Positions 38,886-53,160 of a stretch of DNA of 64,000 nucleotides are shown here, piece by piece. The position numbers and the translations under genes were made by a program. Every line of letters begins with the position of its first letter. Within the stretch, counting starts at the first letter, position 1. Location of the stretch: the NCBI GenBank assembly GCA_016748015.1, contig JAAOMT010000718.1:558001-622000 (forward strand). The letters run 5' to 3'. The notes under the pieces were generated by a model that saw only the letters and a program-made list of their open reading frames with translations, was not told where the DNA came from and ran no database searches. This stretch comes from Geosiphon pyriformis uo1 (Eukaryota > Fungi > Glomeromycota).

Positions 38886-40266
38886 ATGGCAGAACTGGAA
38901 AATGAGTATGAAGCCCTTCCTGAAAATTCCTCAATTGCCGTCAATCTGATAGCTGGCGCTTTGGCCGGTATAGGGGAACACACGATAATGTATCCGGTCG
39001 ATAGTATTAAGGTTCGTTTGTTCATTATAAAGCAGCTTTAGCAGTTAAATGAGTGAGAGTTCGCGTGAGCCCTAGCTTAAAGATAACGAACGCAACCGTT
39101 TGGCTGAACAGACAATGTAAGGTGCAGTTTGGATACTTGATACGAAGGCACGTTTACAGAGTGAATGGATCGGGCCAACAAAAGCTCATTCTTCATATAT
39201 TGGCAAAAGCAGATATTAAATTTTCGCCTTTAATCCGCTTTTCCAGACACGGATGCAAGTATTGAATCCTCAGCCAGCAGCAGTATACACAGGGGTCGCA
39301 AATGCGTTTACTCGTATCAGTACAACAGAAGGAGTGCGAACATTATGGCGAGGAGTAAATTCGGTCATCTTGGGAGCAGGTCCAGCTCATGCTTTATACT
39401 TTGGCACTTATGAAATCTGTAAAGACCTTTTCGGTGCATACAAAACACCAGGACACCATCCGATTGCCACTGGTAAAAGTCTCTCTGTGGAATTGTGCGA
39501 ATTAGTCATATTTTATGAATTTCGATTATCTGTATGATTTCTCATATTGATATGTCAGTGCAAGGCCATTTTAATAACCTGAATTTCCGCTTGTCGTCGA
39601 TTAGCAGCGGCAGGTGCATGTGCGACAATAGCTAGCGATGCACTTATGAACCCATTCGATGGTATGTTTTATTAATTGTTCATTTATTAATATTTATATC
39701 ATATTAAAAGACACCTACTCTTTCAAAAAATTATTTTACAAATTCGTTTAGTGATTAAACAACGAATGCAAGTTCATGGATCTATATATCGTAATGTACT
39801 TGAATGTGCACGATCAGTATATGCGCATGAAGGTCTGGCAGCATTTTACATATCATATCCGACCACACTCACCATGACAATTCCATTTCAAGCCGCCCAA
39901 TTTTCCTCTTATGAATATTTTCGCAAAGTTTTAAATCCTCGTGGCAATTACGATCCAAAGACACATGTGATAGCTGGAGGTTTGGCTGGGGCTATTGCAG
40001 CAGCTGCAACAACCCCTTTAGATGTTGCCAAAACTTTGCTGCAAACAAGAGGCGATTCATCTGATCCTCGAATAAGAAATTGTACTGGGCTTATGGAAGC
40101 CTTTCGTATAATCTACGAGCAGAACGGTGTTAAAGGATTTATGAGAGGTTTAAAGCCAAGGGTACTCTCGCATGTACCATCTACTGCTATTTGCTGGTCG
40201 GTATATGAATACTTCAAATGGTTTATCAGTTCACAGGAAAGGAAAGGGCTACCATTTTCCTATTAA
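38886..40266 (+). CDS. MRS3: Mitochondrial carrier, mitoferrin (Mrs3/Mrs4) type; 4 exons
   Basis: Exons 38886-39011, 39247-39472, 39605-39661, 39752-40266; YEALP, EHTIMYPVDSIKTRMQ, GAGPAHALYF, SDALMNPFDVIKQRMQ, SYPTTL, TTPLDVAKTLLQTRG. Confidence 0.93.
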
Positions 40267-40759
40267 CAATTCAAAAACCTTGGACAAATTTTTTTAATAT
40301 TTCGCTGCACCTTACGGAAAGGAACAATACTTTTATATCCGCCTTTTATTTATTCTGCTATTCTTTCCGGCAGGATCCTTCATCTTATTACATTGTTGGG
40401 CGGGCAAAATGTTAATATCTTCATAACTTCCAAAATTTCGATTTTACATTAATAAAATAGCATAAAAGAAAATTAATTATTCTCATCTAATTTCAGTTTC
40501 ACTCCTGATAGACTGAAATTTTTAAATTTCTAAGGCAATTTTTAATATAATAATATTCCTATCGGAATTTCAATGCCGAGAAATTTTTAATCAAATTATG
40601 CGACTCTTAAAATTAGCATAACAATGTCATTTATCACTACTTTTTATTATGCTACAACATAATTATTCTGCATTACTCAATTATTAAAGAATCACAACAT
40701 AAAGCTAACTTACAAAAATTAGAATTTTAAAATCTTTATGAATTTAAAGTTTGTATTTT

Positions 40760-41009
40760 TGAAAGCCATAATGTGATAATTAAAATCTTTAAATTTAAAT
40801 TGAATTCAAACCTGATAAAATAAAATTTTATTTAATAAATTTTATTTTGGGTTTTTATTAAATAATAACAGTTTTAATGCTAAATTTTGAATTTATAATA
40901 TTATTTCAAAATTAAAACAAAACAAATTAATATTATTGTATTCATTAGTTTTAATAAAAAAATTATACTTTAAATTTTAAAAGAAAATAAATTTGTGTAA
41001 TTTTTTTAA

Positions 41010-41054
<45 letters not shown>

Positions 41055-42000
41055 TTTAAAGTTATTTTTTTTGTTTAATATTTATAACTTAATAAGTTAT
41101 TTTAAGTATAATTTAATTAAAAATTATTTATATAAAACAAATATTATACATAATTATAAATTTTGATTAAAACAATACATAATTAATTACTTAAGTTAAT
41201 TAAAATTATTTTAAATTAGACAAAAAAACAAAAAAAAATTTTTTTATCAAAATTATAAACTTTGTGTTTTTATTTTATTAATATAATAATAAACTTAATT
41301 ATAAATAAGTAATTTTTTATTATCTTTAATAAAAAAACTTAAAAATTCCAAAATACTATTATCTTATTTTATTTATAAAAAAAATTGTTTTATTATTTAT
41401 ATTATTTATATTATTATTAGTTTTGTTAAATTTAAAAATAATAATAATAAAGCTTTAATAATTATTAAAGAACAAAAAATAAAACAAATTTAATTACTAA
41501 TTTAAAAAATCAAATTACTAATTTTAAAAACCATATAATTAAAAAAAAAATTTAAATATATTTTAAAAAACAATAATCTTTTTTTAATTAATAAAAAAAA
41601 TATTATATGATATTATAAAAGATTTTACATTTTAAAAATAAAAAAAAAATGATTTAACAAGTTTAATTATAACAATAATATTTAAAAAAACTTAAAAAGT
41701 AAACTTTACTTAAAAAACTTAATATTATTTTTAATAACCAATTTTAAAACAATAAAACTATATAAAAATTAAAATACAGTTTTAATATAAATCAATTTAA
41801 AATTAATTATTTTAAAGATTAATTATTTAAAAATTAATAATTGTTTTTAAATATCATCAAAATTAAGAAAAAAATACTGTAGTTTTTATTTTATTAGTTT
41901 AATCTTTAAGATTAAGTAATATAATAAGTTATTATAACTTAATATATATGATAATTTTAAATTTAAGAATTATTCTTTGCATTGTTAATAAAAACAATAT
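40760..42000. repeat. AT-rich decayed tract between MRS3 and KGD2
   Basis: Abrupt drop in G+C and loss of CpG inside the gene island. Confidence 0.5.
41011..41054. repeat. (TAA)n microsatellite, about 14 units
   Basis: Perfect trinucleotide run. Confidence 0.95.
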
Positions 42001-42195
42001 TTATGCTATAATTACATAAGCAAATAAATCATTGTAAGACGTTCTAAGATCTAACATTACATAAAAACTGTGTTCATTTTGCATTAGTTTGGGAATCGAA
42101 GTTCCTTATTAGATAATCAACAAATAAATTTACTTTTCGCGCGTTTTAGTTTAATTTTACTTTTTATATCGTTTTGACGTTAATAACACCCCAAG

Positions 42196-44551
42196 ATGCA
42201 GTCACTTGCACTTCAGAAAAGTGCACTATCCCCTATATTTTCTCCATGCACCTCCTTGAGCCGTAATTTTGTGCGTTCCCGTTTCAAGTCTCTCTCGAAA
42301 TTAAATAATGGTACCCGCGCAATTGCGACCCAAAAGACACTATTTGAAGAATCGAGGTCCTTGCATAACCTGGAGAGCGGAAAAACAAAAAAAGTCGTTA
42401 ATGGCGATAAAAGGTTGGCTTTTTGAAAGGAGACTTGGGCATCTATCTGCGTGCGGAATGCCTCGCTAAAACTGTCAGTTGTGGGATGTGTGAAGTTGTT
42501 AGTGGAGATTCTTCACACTCAGAACTCCCTCGGTTAATATTTCCTTTCTTCAGAATTACATCTCTTCCATTAGTAAGGCCACAATCGATACAAACCAGAA
42601 ACTATGGTAATTCCAAGAAACTTTGCCTTTTGGCATCTTTGGAGAATAGCCATACTTATTATGATCCTTTATAAAAAAATCAGTCCAGAAGGTTTTTCCT
42701 GTACCGAACTTGGCGGAGTCTATCACGGAAGGCACTCTGAAGCAATGGCTCAAAAGTAAAATTTTTTTCAATTCAAAAAGGTTATATTTCCGGTTTTAAA
42801 AGTTTTGGAACAGAAGGATGACTCGAATACTGTTATCGTTTTGTTGAAAGAGATCGGGGAATTCGTGAAACGAGACGATGAGATTGCTACCATCGAGACC
42901 GATAAAGTATATCAGATTAATATTTGGGATTTGAGAGTTAGGAGTCCTCGGCGGATACTCACAATTTTTTGTTAATTTATCTCAATAAGATTGACGTCAC
43001 AATTAACACTCCAGAATCCGGGACATTAATTGAGGTTTTTGCCAAGGAGGAGGAGACAGTGGGAGTTGGAGACGATTTATTCAAATTAGAGTTAGGGGAT
43101 GCTTCTGCTGAGGGTAAATATTCTAAAAAAAGATAAGACTACTTGAACATGAGTATAATAATTCTTGTCCGATTTTTTAGGGAAGCCTTCTCCCCAAGCA
43201 GAACAAACCGAAAATTCAAAAAAAAAGGTTCCTAAAGACGCAGAAAAACCTGAAACTACAAAGAAAGAGGCTTTCAAAGAAGATGCAAAGGTCGAGCCTC
43301 GAGAAGAACCTAAGAAAGATACAAAACCACCTGGTTCGACTAGAGTTAAATTTATCAATTATTAGTCATGATTCTTCTAATGTATCTAATACTTTAATCA
43401 CTTATACTTCGAATAGCTCCAGAACCTGCAGCAGCTACACCCCCCCATACACCTCCAAAAATAACACCAGAACCTCCGCCTGTCACATCAACATTACCGT
43501 CAGGAACATCTTTTTCATCCCCTTACGGTGATCGAGAAGAACGGCGTGTAAGCTTTGGAATTTTTTTGTTTTTAAGAAATCAAATGTAATTAAAGAAAAT
43601 GCATACATTGCAAATTTATACTAAGGTCAAAATGAATCGTATGCGACTGAGAATTGCGGAACGTCTCAAGGAGGCACAGAATACAGCTGCCTCTTTGACA
43701 ACTTTCAATGAAGTTGACATGTCGTACGTATTGTAAAATATCAGTTTCTTAGGATATATATCGAGAATTGATTTATCATTGTCATCTTATCCTAACCCTT
43801 AGTAACCTCATTGACCTTCGCAATCAATACAAAGACCAAATCTTGAAAAGATATAGTGTTAAACTTGGATTTATGTCTGCTTTTGTAAAAGCATCAGTTT
43901 TTGCTCTCCAAGAGGTGCCAGGAGTGAATGCTTCTATTCAAGGTCCCAATGGTGGTGATACAATCGTTTACAGAGATTATATTGATATAAGCATTGCCGT
44001 TGCAACTCCCAAAGGGCTTGTGACTCCAGTGGTAAGAAACGTCCATCTTATGCATTCTTTTATAGATGTTGAACGGGCGATAGCAGAATTAGGCCAAAAG
44101 GTATTTAAATCCTTACTTTTTTTCTGTTAAAAATATTTTTATATATTAATACTCCTAATTTTAATAGGCTAGGGATGGAAAGATTACACTAGAAGATATG
44201 ACAGGTGGAACCTTCACCATTTCTAATGGTGGAGTTTATGGATCCTTATACGGAACACCAATTATAAACTTGCCACAAAGTGCAATTTTAGGAATGCATG
44301 CCGTTAAAGAACGTCCTGTTGCAATCAATGGCAAGGTAAAGAGGACTAATTTACTTATTTATTAAAATTTTTATAATTCTCAACTGTTTTGTCTGATTCA
44401 CTTCCGTTATGCGTAGGTTGAGGTGCGACCCATGATGTATATTGCTCTAACTTACGATCATCGTTTGGTTGATGGTCGTGAAGCAGTCACATTTTTGAAA
44501 ACGGTAAAAGAACAAGTAGAAGATCCTCGTCGCCTTCTTTTGTCTATTTAG
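42196..44551 (+). CDS. KGD2: Dihydrolipoyl succinyltransferase (2-oxoglutarate dehydrogenase E2); about 11 exons
   Basis: Mitochondrial presequence, lipoyl domain [20 protein letters not shown] linker, [50 protein letters not shown]; GT-AG introns restore the frame. Confidence 0.96.
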
Positions 44552-44740
44552 AAAATAGTAATTTTTACTTGTAACACGAGATTTTTTCACTGATTTAGAA
44601 ATTTCACTAAGTTTCTACCAATTTGGTTAATAGTTTTGACTAGAGATATAATAACAACAGAAATAGTTGTGACTTTATTTATTCTTACCTTACAAAGAGA
44701 ACGATCTTTTCCAAACATTGAATTTAAAAGGCCTTTGCAA

Positions 44741-45925
44741 TTATTCAAGATCGATTGAATAATAGCTGGGAAATACAAAATCTTCTTCGATCACTTTTCG
44801 CAATTGATCCACAATAAATCGTTCGATTTTCCCAACATTTTTAAGTACTAAAAAAAATCAATAGCCGTAATACAAGTCTAAAGTTCACAATATTTGGATT
44901 GAAAGGTGATCAATAATACCTTGTTTGCCTTTGTCTCCAACCTCTGATTCTATATGCACGTCTTTCAATAGACTAGAGTAGGTTCAAAAAGAATAATGGA
45001 TGAGTTTAATATAAATTCAGTGTATCCTCATCAATTGATGATTAATAGTACAATCGAAATGGTCAAATTACCTTTCATTCAAATCTTTCGGCTCCAAAAA
45101 GCAAAAGTTGATGCGTTGACGAAGATAAGCAATCACAGCGCTACCTAATGCAATGAATTAGAGTCATGAAGAACATGAGAGCCAGAACATGGGAAAAATA
45201 GAAAATAAAAGACTAGCATATACTAAAAGATCGAAAAATCGTTGAAGCCTCTCTTGGATCTTCAGTCTCGTTCGGTTGTATTGAACATTTAAGCGCACCA
45301 TTCCTCTGATCAAAGGATTTCTTCAAATATTGTATGAGAGAAATAAAAGGGATTCATAATCATTAGGAAAATAATGTTCACCAGAGAAGTTGAACCCGGT
45401 CACCGTCAACTTAATCGGCAAACTCATGAACATCATGCTTGGATAGTTCATTCGCAATTCAGTCGACACGGTCATTCGCATATTTCCCTGATACGACAAT
45501 AAAAGCTGAATCTGAGCATCGGTATCTTTTTTGAGACTTTTGTCAAAAATTTGTCCAACTTCACTACATTCTAGTTGTTGTACTCGGTGTTGCGAAGAAG
45601 GAACCGTTAGGGTTTGGGTTGGTGGAGTAAAGTATAAGTAATCTGAGTGCTCCGGTTCTTCGTTCTGCAGCAATGGTTGTGAATCTGCTTCCGAACGTTG
45701 TTCCTCGAGAGCGTCTTCGTCAGGCAAGTAGAACTCGGGAAAGGGTTCAGTCACGTCCACAATTTCTAATAGAGGAGGAAGGGTGCCGAAATCGAACTCG
45801 GAAATTTCAATGTCCCCAATTAAGGAAGGTTTGTTATTGGCGTTTCGAAAATGATTGTTTAAGAGATCTTGAAGTTTTTGCGCTACGGTTCTATCTAGCT
45901 TTTCCCAAAAAATATCAAAGGACAT
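44741..45925 (-). CDS. MDM12: ERMES subunit Mdm12 (SMP domain); 4 exons
   Basis: MSFDIFWEKLD..FDFGTLPP..TEPFPEFY, NYPSMMFMSLPIKLTVTG, IESEVGD..VLKNVGKIERFIV..VFPSY*. Confidence 0.92.
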
Positions 45926-46122
45926 CAGAGTTAAGTTAAACTTGTCGGCCTGCGTCGGAAAGAAAGGAAAGCAAAATTTTCATAGTTCGATCAGCATTCG
46001 CGTTCATTATCAGCTATAATTTTCAATCATAAAATGAGACAATCCGCCAAAAACTTTAAAGCAATCTCGCGGACAACTTCCAAAAGTTCTTTGATTATTT
46101 TCTTTCAAGTTTTTCTTCCTTA

Positions 46123-49100
46123 ATGGAACTACGTGTGCTCGGAGAGTTTCTTCCTTTTGGGTCAACTTTTGTTCACAGTAATTTTGACGATAGTGAAGAA
46201 CTTTTTGAGCCTCGTTTTGGTTCCAGCAAAGCGAGGAGTGTTTCTGGTCGAACTTGTAACAGCCCCAGTTACCAACTTTGTCCTGCTCACGCCGAAGGGC
46301 AGACCTGCAAAGGTCAAAGTGAAGACGACTTGTATGAGGAAGAATTATACATCAAAGATACATTAGTAGTTTGGAGTCGAGGAAATTTGTTAAAGAAAAG
46401 TTTTAATTTTGAGACTCCTGTAATTCAGGCGTTGTTTGTCTGGTTCAATGTAGACAAGTCACCTACAGAAGAAGGCTCGTCAATAAATTTCACTAATCCT
46501 GAAATTATTAAGGAAAAACCAATCGAGAAACAACGATGTCTTTGTGTTCTTCTTGAAGACTTTGGAAAGGTGTATTACCCCGATGGAAAGTCGCACGCAT
46601 TTACATTACCATTCCCCGTTTGTCGGGCTTGGTCTTTGGACTTAGGGTTATTACTTTATTGCGATTTCGAAGAAAAGTGGCTGTTCTCCCGTACTTCGTC
46701 TAGTGACTCAAGCGTCCCTTCATCAGATTTTCCAATATTGTATAGTCTTCTTGATCCTTTGAAAGAAATCAAGCCAGTGTCAATTGCCGGGCAGATATTT
46801 CACAATGATGGGGAAATAGCCCTTCTAGGTCCAATAAATCCTTTTTTTAATGCCCACGAGGAAGTGATCTTTGTCAGCCAAACTATCACTCATGGAGTTC
46901 CTATTATATGCACCGTTAATCGTCTTACCGGAGAACGCACAGCGTACAGTTATGGCACTAAGCGAGGAAACAGTGTTGTGAGTGAATTCGAGGCCCCTAA
47001 TCGTAGGAGCTCTGGCGTGAGATCGGATACTACCATGAACTTAGATCGATTCTTACATCCAGAGCCACAAAATTTTTTGTCAAATGAAAAACGAGTGGTA
47101 TCCGAGTCCTCTGTGGAAGTTTATTTGGAAAACTTGTGGTCCGAAAAGCGATCACCTAGGTATTGCACACCCTATGTTTCGCTCAATGTGCGTCTTGAAT
47201 AATCTTCAAATATTTACATATCCAGTTTTCATTAAGCCAAAATCCAAATGATATTACGGCTTTTATCGCACATGAATATGACGGCGGCCAGGTTTTAGGA
47301 ATTTTTACAAGGTCGACTAAATCCCTTATAATTTTGAGTATTAGTTTCAAAGATCATCGATACAAGATTTTTATCAAATCCCAACTTTCAGTTTCTGCTG
47401 CAGTCCCCATTGCTGCAACCCGTCCGAAATTCTTGGACATTTTAACACTACAGACAGACGGAACCATTCAACTGTGGATAGGGTCAGGCAAATATTTACC
47501 TATCACGTTCCCTAATTATTCGGATGCCGTCTCTGGGAATAAGATTGGTTTGCTATTTTCAAAAAAGAGAACAAATTTTAGTCAACAAAATTTCTCATCA
47601 ACATACAGTTCAGAAATTTCTTCAAAAAAAGGGGAATTTTCAGGATCCAGAGCTGTCGATTTAAAGGACAGCGTATATCATCGCGTGAATATTGTTTTCT
47701 CTGATGATATGGTATTCAGAACAAGTTTTAATTTTATGCCCTGTTCGAGTCTGGTGAGAAGTTGTCTAGGAGCAATGAGTTACGCACTACCGATGACTGA
47801 ATATCTAGAATTCAAGGCGAGATATTTGCTATATAATTTCGGGCAAAGTGAAAAATTTAAGGAAATTCCACAGACAAGTCAATGGGACAATTTTGTTGTT
47901 ACTCTATTGTCTTTTTTTCACCCAACCTCTGATGACGATATTAATATGCCAGAGAGGGATCTTAATGGGTCATTTCTACTTGATGATGAGGATGAAGATT
48001 GGCAGGCTTTATGTGCAACGCGTCATCGAAGCAAAATTCAGTTCGATACAATTTATCAGGCCATAGCACCTTCTGTTTCCCCGGGAGCTGATAGATCCCT
48101 AGTAAATTTGTATCAGAATTCCAAAAAACTTTGCAATCTGCTCTCGAGTACAAGTGATTTTCGAAATTTTTTACCCTCAATTCTTTTCGCTATTCACCTT
48201 CTTTACGAGGATCAAAAATTGAGCGTCATATCACACAAATGTTTAGAAGATCTTTTGCCACTTTTATTACAATTGGCCAAATTTCTTGGTTGGGATTCGT
48301 ACTTAGACTATTACGCAAGGGCCTATCGAGCTCTTCAGACGCTTGAATTAGCCCCAGGTACATAATACAGGCTTTTAGTTTAAAAGTTGAACTCGCTTCC
48401 ATGTATATTAATAACATTTTTTTTCAGGCTATATAAATATTGAAAGATTAGTTTTCAATAAAGGCTTATTTGTCCCACCCGACATCCATCAATGGATCCT
48501 GGAGCGGATTAGAACCAAAGGCCCCATTATTCCTTTTCCGACATTTTCGGACATTAATCGGCTTTTTCAAATACCTCAAACATCTATTCATGATTTTGAT
48601 TGCGGTGCTAGAACACTTCAGATTTCTGGTTTTTACAATGAACTATTTACAAATGGACCTAATTCTATGATCCTGAGATTGGTACATTGGAATTTCAAAG
48701 TCAAAGATATCGACGCTCTACCATTCGGTATCGCTCTACCGTTGCGGGAGGCTATTCGTTCTTGTCGCAAACGTCCACCTGTTAATTGGCCTGGTGAAGC
48801 ATATATTCTGATTGGTAAGTAATTGATTTACATGTCGGTTCAATTAAAGGAATTTATTGCAACATTAATTTCACCATAATTTTAATGGGAATTCTCAAAA
48901 ATGAATAGGACGAGAAGACCTTGCCGAGTTAACGTTTGGAAATCGAATCACTTCTACCTATTTTCATTCTCGTCGTGGGCTTAAAATGGTACTCGTTAAA
49001 TAATTAAAACCTTCAATTCGTAAATCTCTTCACTCAAGCGCTAAATTTTAATAGGATCAAAATCCAACGGACGTACATTCTATTGCACAATCTGTCACAC

Positions 49101-52100
49101 CCTTTGAAAACTCAACTCCTAACACTAACCCAAACAACCTTAGCGTTTCGGGTGGTGCCAATGGCGGGAGCAGTAATACCAGTAATAATAATCGGGCTAA
49201 TAATACCAGTAATACAAATGAAAAAACGGCTACGGAAATTACTAATCATGAAATTTCTGATTTACGTTTCGATCGAGATCGTCGACTTGCGGAAGTACAA
49301 AGGCTCTTGCAACCATCAAATGTTATCAAATTATCTTCGTCTGGTACTGATCCAAGGTCAGTTTCAAAACAGTTCTTTGCTTCAAATTTTGCCCCAGTTC
49401 AGACTTACCTAAATTCAAAATTTACATAGTGGTAACGAAAGCGATATATCTGGCCGCAATTTAGAATGGATCTCAGCTCATTGTATGAAAAATTTTGCTC
49501 AGCCCGTGGGTCGCGGAATTCTCACCTACGGAACTACCACACCAATTATCACTGAAAAATTTCCCATACCTGGCATAAGTACCACGGTCAGGATATTACC
49601 TTCGAATACTGTTCGGGTACTCGACCGGGGATTAAGATCCCAAGAAATCCTTGATTGGCCTGAATTTCATGATGGGGCTGCAGCTGGGCTTCGCATCACA
49701 CGTGACTGCAAAGAGGTTGATGGTTCATGGATTTCACTTAATAAACCAAATGAACTTGATAATAGCCATGCTGGATTCTTATTAGGTTTGGGCTTGAACG
49801 GACATTTGAAAACTTTGGGAGCGTGGCGGGCAGTCGATTATTTGATGAAAACTCCAAAACATGATATGACATCGATTGCATTGGTGATCGGACTAGCAGC
49901 ATCCTTTTGCGAAACAATGGACACACAAACAACAAAATTTGTTGGAGTCCATGTTCCAGCCCTTCTCCCCCCAAAATCTACCTCTTTAAATGTCTCAGCT
50001 TTAACTCAGACGGCGGCAGTACTTGGTATTGGTCTCCTCTATTTAGGGACTTGCCATCGACGTATGGCTCAAGTCATGCTTGGAGAAATTGGAGGCAAAA
50101 GTCTGATCACCGCTGAAAATACAGAAATTGATTATCGGGAAGGTTACTCTCTTGCTGCTGGCTTAGCTCTCGGTTTTATAACTTTGGGTCGGGGATTTGA
50201 TGCACCTGGTCTTGCTGATTTAGATATCTTTAAAGAGCTTCGTTTACTCATAACAGGTTCCAAAGGAAGAACGCAAACTGCACCTTTGCACCCTACAGGT
50301 TGTGGTGGGTCAAGACCAGGAGATATCAATATTAACACAACTTCATTGGGTGCCACAATAGCTCTGGGCCTAATGTTTTTAAAAACGAACAATGCAAGTG
50401 TGGCCGACAAAATTCCCCTTCCAGAAACAGCATACTTTTTGGATTTTGTTCGACCTGATTTTCTTGCCATTAGAGTTCTAAGTAAAAATCTCATCATGTG
50501 GGATAGTATTCAGTGTAGTGTCACTTGGGTCGAGGAACATATACCCGGATTTATAAAGTCCAAGCTTGAAAAAAATATCAATGACGACTCTATTGAATCC
50601 ATCAAGCAGTCCTATTATTACATGCTCGCTGGAGCTTGCTTTAGCATTGCCTTGAAATTCGCCGGTTCTTCTGACGAAGACGCGCTAAAATGTCTTCTTC
50701 ATTTTCTGGATTTTTTTATGGCGCGTGTCAGTGCAAGAGGTATGGAAAGTCATTCCAAAGAGTTTTACACTTTTTTTTCTAATTGGCACATCTTATATTA
50801 CCGGATTTTTTTTATAGCCATCACCTTTGATCAAAGAATTACACATCAAACAGTAAAAACATGTGTAAATGTATTGTCAACCTCTGCATCTATCGTGATG
50901 GCCGGTACTGGAAATTTGGAAGTATTAAGACGGTTAAGAAAATTACATCGACCAGAAATTAATCATGTAATCTCACGTAATTATGGAAGTCATATGGCAA
51001 CGAGCATGGCATTGGGATTTTTATTTGTTGGCGGTGGAACTTGGACAGTTGCGACATCTGACAAGGCAATCGCGGCTCTCGTTTGCTCTTTATTCCCTCG
51101 ATGGCCCACTGACCCAACGGATAACCGAACCCACATGCAAGCTTTTAGGCATTTATGGGTCCTTGCTTTGGAATCAAGATGTCTCATAATTCGTGACGTG
51201 GAGACAAGAGAAGCATGCCATGTTCCTATCAAGGTAATTACCGACCGTGTTGATCGAGCAATTTATGATAAGACAATGAGTCAATCCTCTTTCAAAGTAT
51301 CAAGCATGGTAGCGCCTTGTTTATTACCTGAATCAAAATTTTTGGTGCGCATAGAAATTGAAAGTCCTAGGTACTGGCCAATAATTTTAGACCTTAGAAA
51401 TAATAAGAGACTAAGCAATCGCTTTTGGTTAAATCCAACAATTTTTGTTAAAAGAAAAACCGGTCATCTGAGTTATGCTGAGGTAATATATAATTTCCTG
51501 CTTAATTTGAATCGAGTTTTCACTCATTTTAACTTTTTATTTTCCTTCTGTTATCAGGATCCACAGAGTATCTGGAGCTTGAACTCCCGGTTATTCCCAC
51601 GAAAAACTCCCAGTAGCCAATCAAACAAAAGAAAAAAAACCAAATGGGAGTTTGTCAAAGTTTTCTCGTCCGATCCACAGGTTTTGGCATTCACTAGTCA
51701 TCTTTGTAAGGATGAGATGGATCGAGATCTCGCGGCTTTTTGTACTGGTGTCCTTCAAGAATGCTTGATTTCGGATAAACCGGAGGCTATTCAGACTTAT
51801 CTTTCTCTATATCAGAGTCAACAGAATCCTCGGCTAATAAGCTTTCCGACATTATGGAACATTAAGCTTATTCTTGCGTATTATGAACATGCATCAAATC
51901 CAATGTCTGAAGAGGAAACCTTGATCCAGCCTGTTTTTATCACCTCAATAAGACAACAAATGGATCAATTCTTTGAATCACTTTTCGAAAGGATCTCGGG
52001 AGCCTCATCTGAAGCGAGAATTGAAGAAGTCCCACTTGTGCGCTTGTTACGTAATTACTTTCAAAAATTGAAATTTCCCACAGTTGAAGAATTAAAAGAA

Positions 52101-52343
52101 ACTAAAGCATCCACAGAACTATTAACTCAACTGGCTAATTTCCTTGTGTATAATGATGTGCCAGAGCCAGGCACCTTACGAGTAATCTCCAATTTGATCC
52201 AAAATTCGAGAAGAAATATCGAAAATGATTCCTTGATGTCAGAGAATGATTTGTATATGGATAATTATATATTCAATATACTCTTGACTTTTTTACCCCA
52301 TCTTTCCATAAAGACTATCCGCGCTATAGCACAACTACTATAA
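46123..52343 (+). CDS. APC1: Anaphase-promoting complex subunit 1; multi-exon
   Basis: EEELYIKDTLVVWSRG, LPFGIALPLREAI..GREDL, PVGRG, WPEFHDGAAAGL, HAGFLLGLGLNGHL, PC repeats, YGSHMA, HMQAFRHLWVLA, PCLLPE. Confidence 0.95.
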
Positions 52344-52568
52344 TGGAAAGTTAATCTCTTATATTCCAAGCAACTAGTCGGGTAATTTCATTTAGGTGTT
52401 ATTCACATTATTTAATTGCTACTAGACCATTAGCTAGCATATATCAGGTAAATGACTTACGAATCAATGGTCTAATTTATTATAATTTCAATTGCAATTT
52501 TAAATTTTTTTGCTTGGTGATGATATTTGCTTCTCTTTTCATCCATTTTATATTATGAAGTTTCTATA

Positions 52569-53160
52569 TTAAGAAGCAATTGTTACTTCGACTTCGACAC
52601 CGGGCTCTATGGAGATAGAAGTCTATTTTTCGAAAAATAAAGTTTCATGAATTTCTGTAGGTTTTGGTTTTAATGCTTCAAAAAAAATTGATATTAATGC
52701 ATACAATTTGCTTCACAATCTCACTGGGGGAGTGCAAATCAATCAATCGCTTATGAATTCTCATTTCGTAGCGATCCCAAGTCTTGGAACCCTCACCACA
52801 TGGTGATTTACGGGTAGTTATGCGCAGCACCTTAGTCGGAAGACGAACTGGGCCTTTAACACGCAATTGCTTATCCTTGGCACGATGGATCAGATCTGCG
52901 CAAACTTTTTCGAGTGCCTTAACGTTGCGAGAAGTCAAGGTGATGCGAATTCGATGAACCTACAGAGGAAAAAATAAATAAGAAACCATTGAGGGTAGAA
53001 ATATTTATCAAGTTCAATTCTAACAAACATATCAAGAGGAGTCAAGGAATAAACAAAATATCTGTTTATTAGGTGAGAAGGTTATTTGATCGATATATTC
53101 AAAGAGTACCTTTGGAGCTTCATCAACGAAGTCATCTTTGCCTTTAGCGACGTAACTCAT
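52569..53160 (-). CDS. RPS20: 40S ribosomal protein uS10/S20; 3 exons
   Basis: [17 protein letters not shown]|[40 protein letters not shown]|[17 protein letters not shown]. Confidence 0.97.

Noticed and set aside
39012-39246. TPP riboswitch or rRNA fragment in MRS3 intron 1 (GATAACGAACG matches 18S)
   Set aside because: TPP core motifs are absent; the 11-nt same-sense match does not extend.
45145-45380. Possible C/D snoRNA in the long MDM12 intron
   Set aside because: CTGA present but no convincing C box or identifiable guide on the sense strand.
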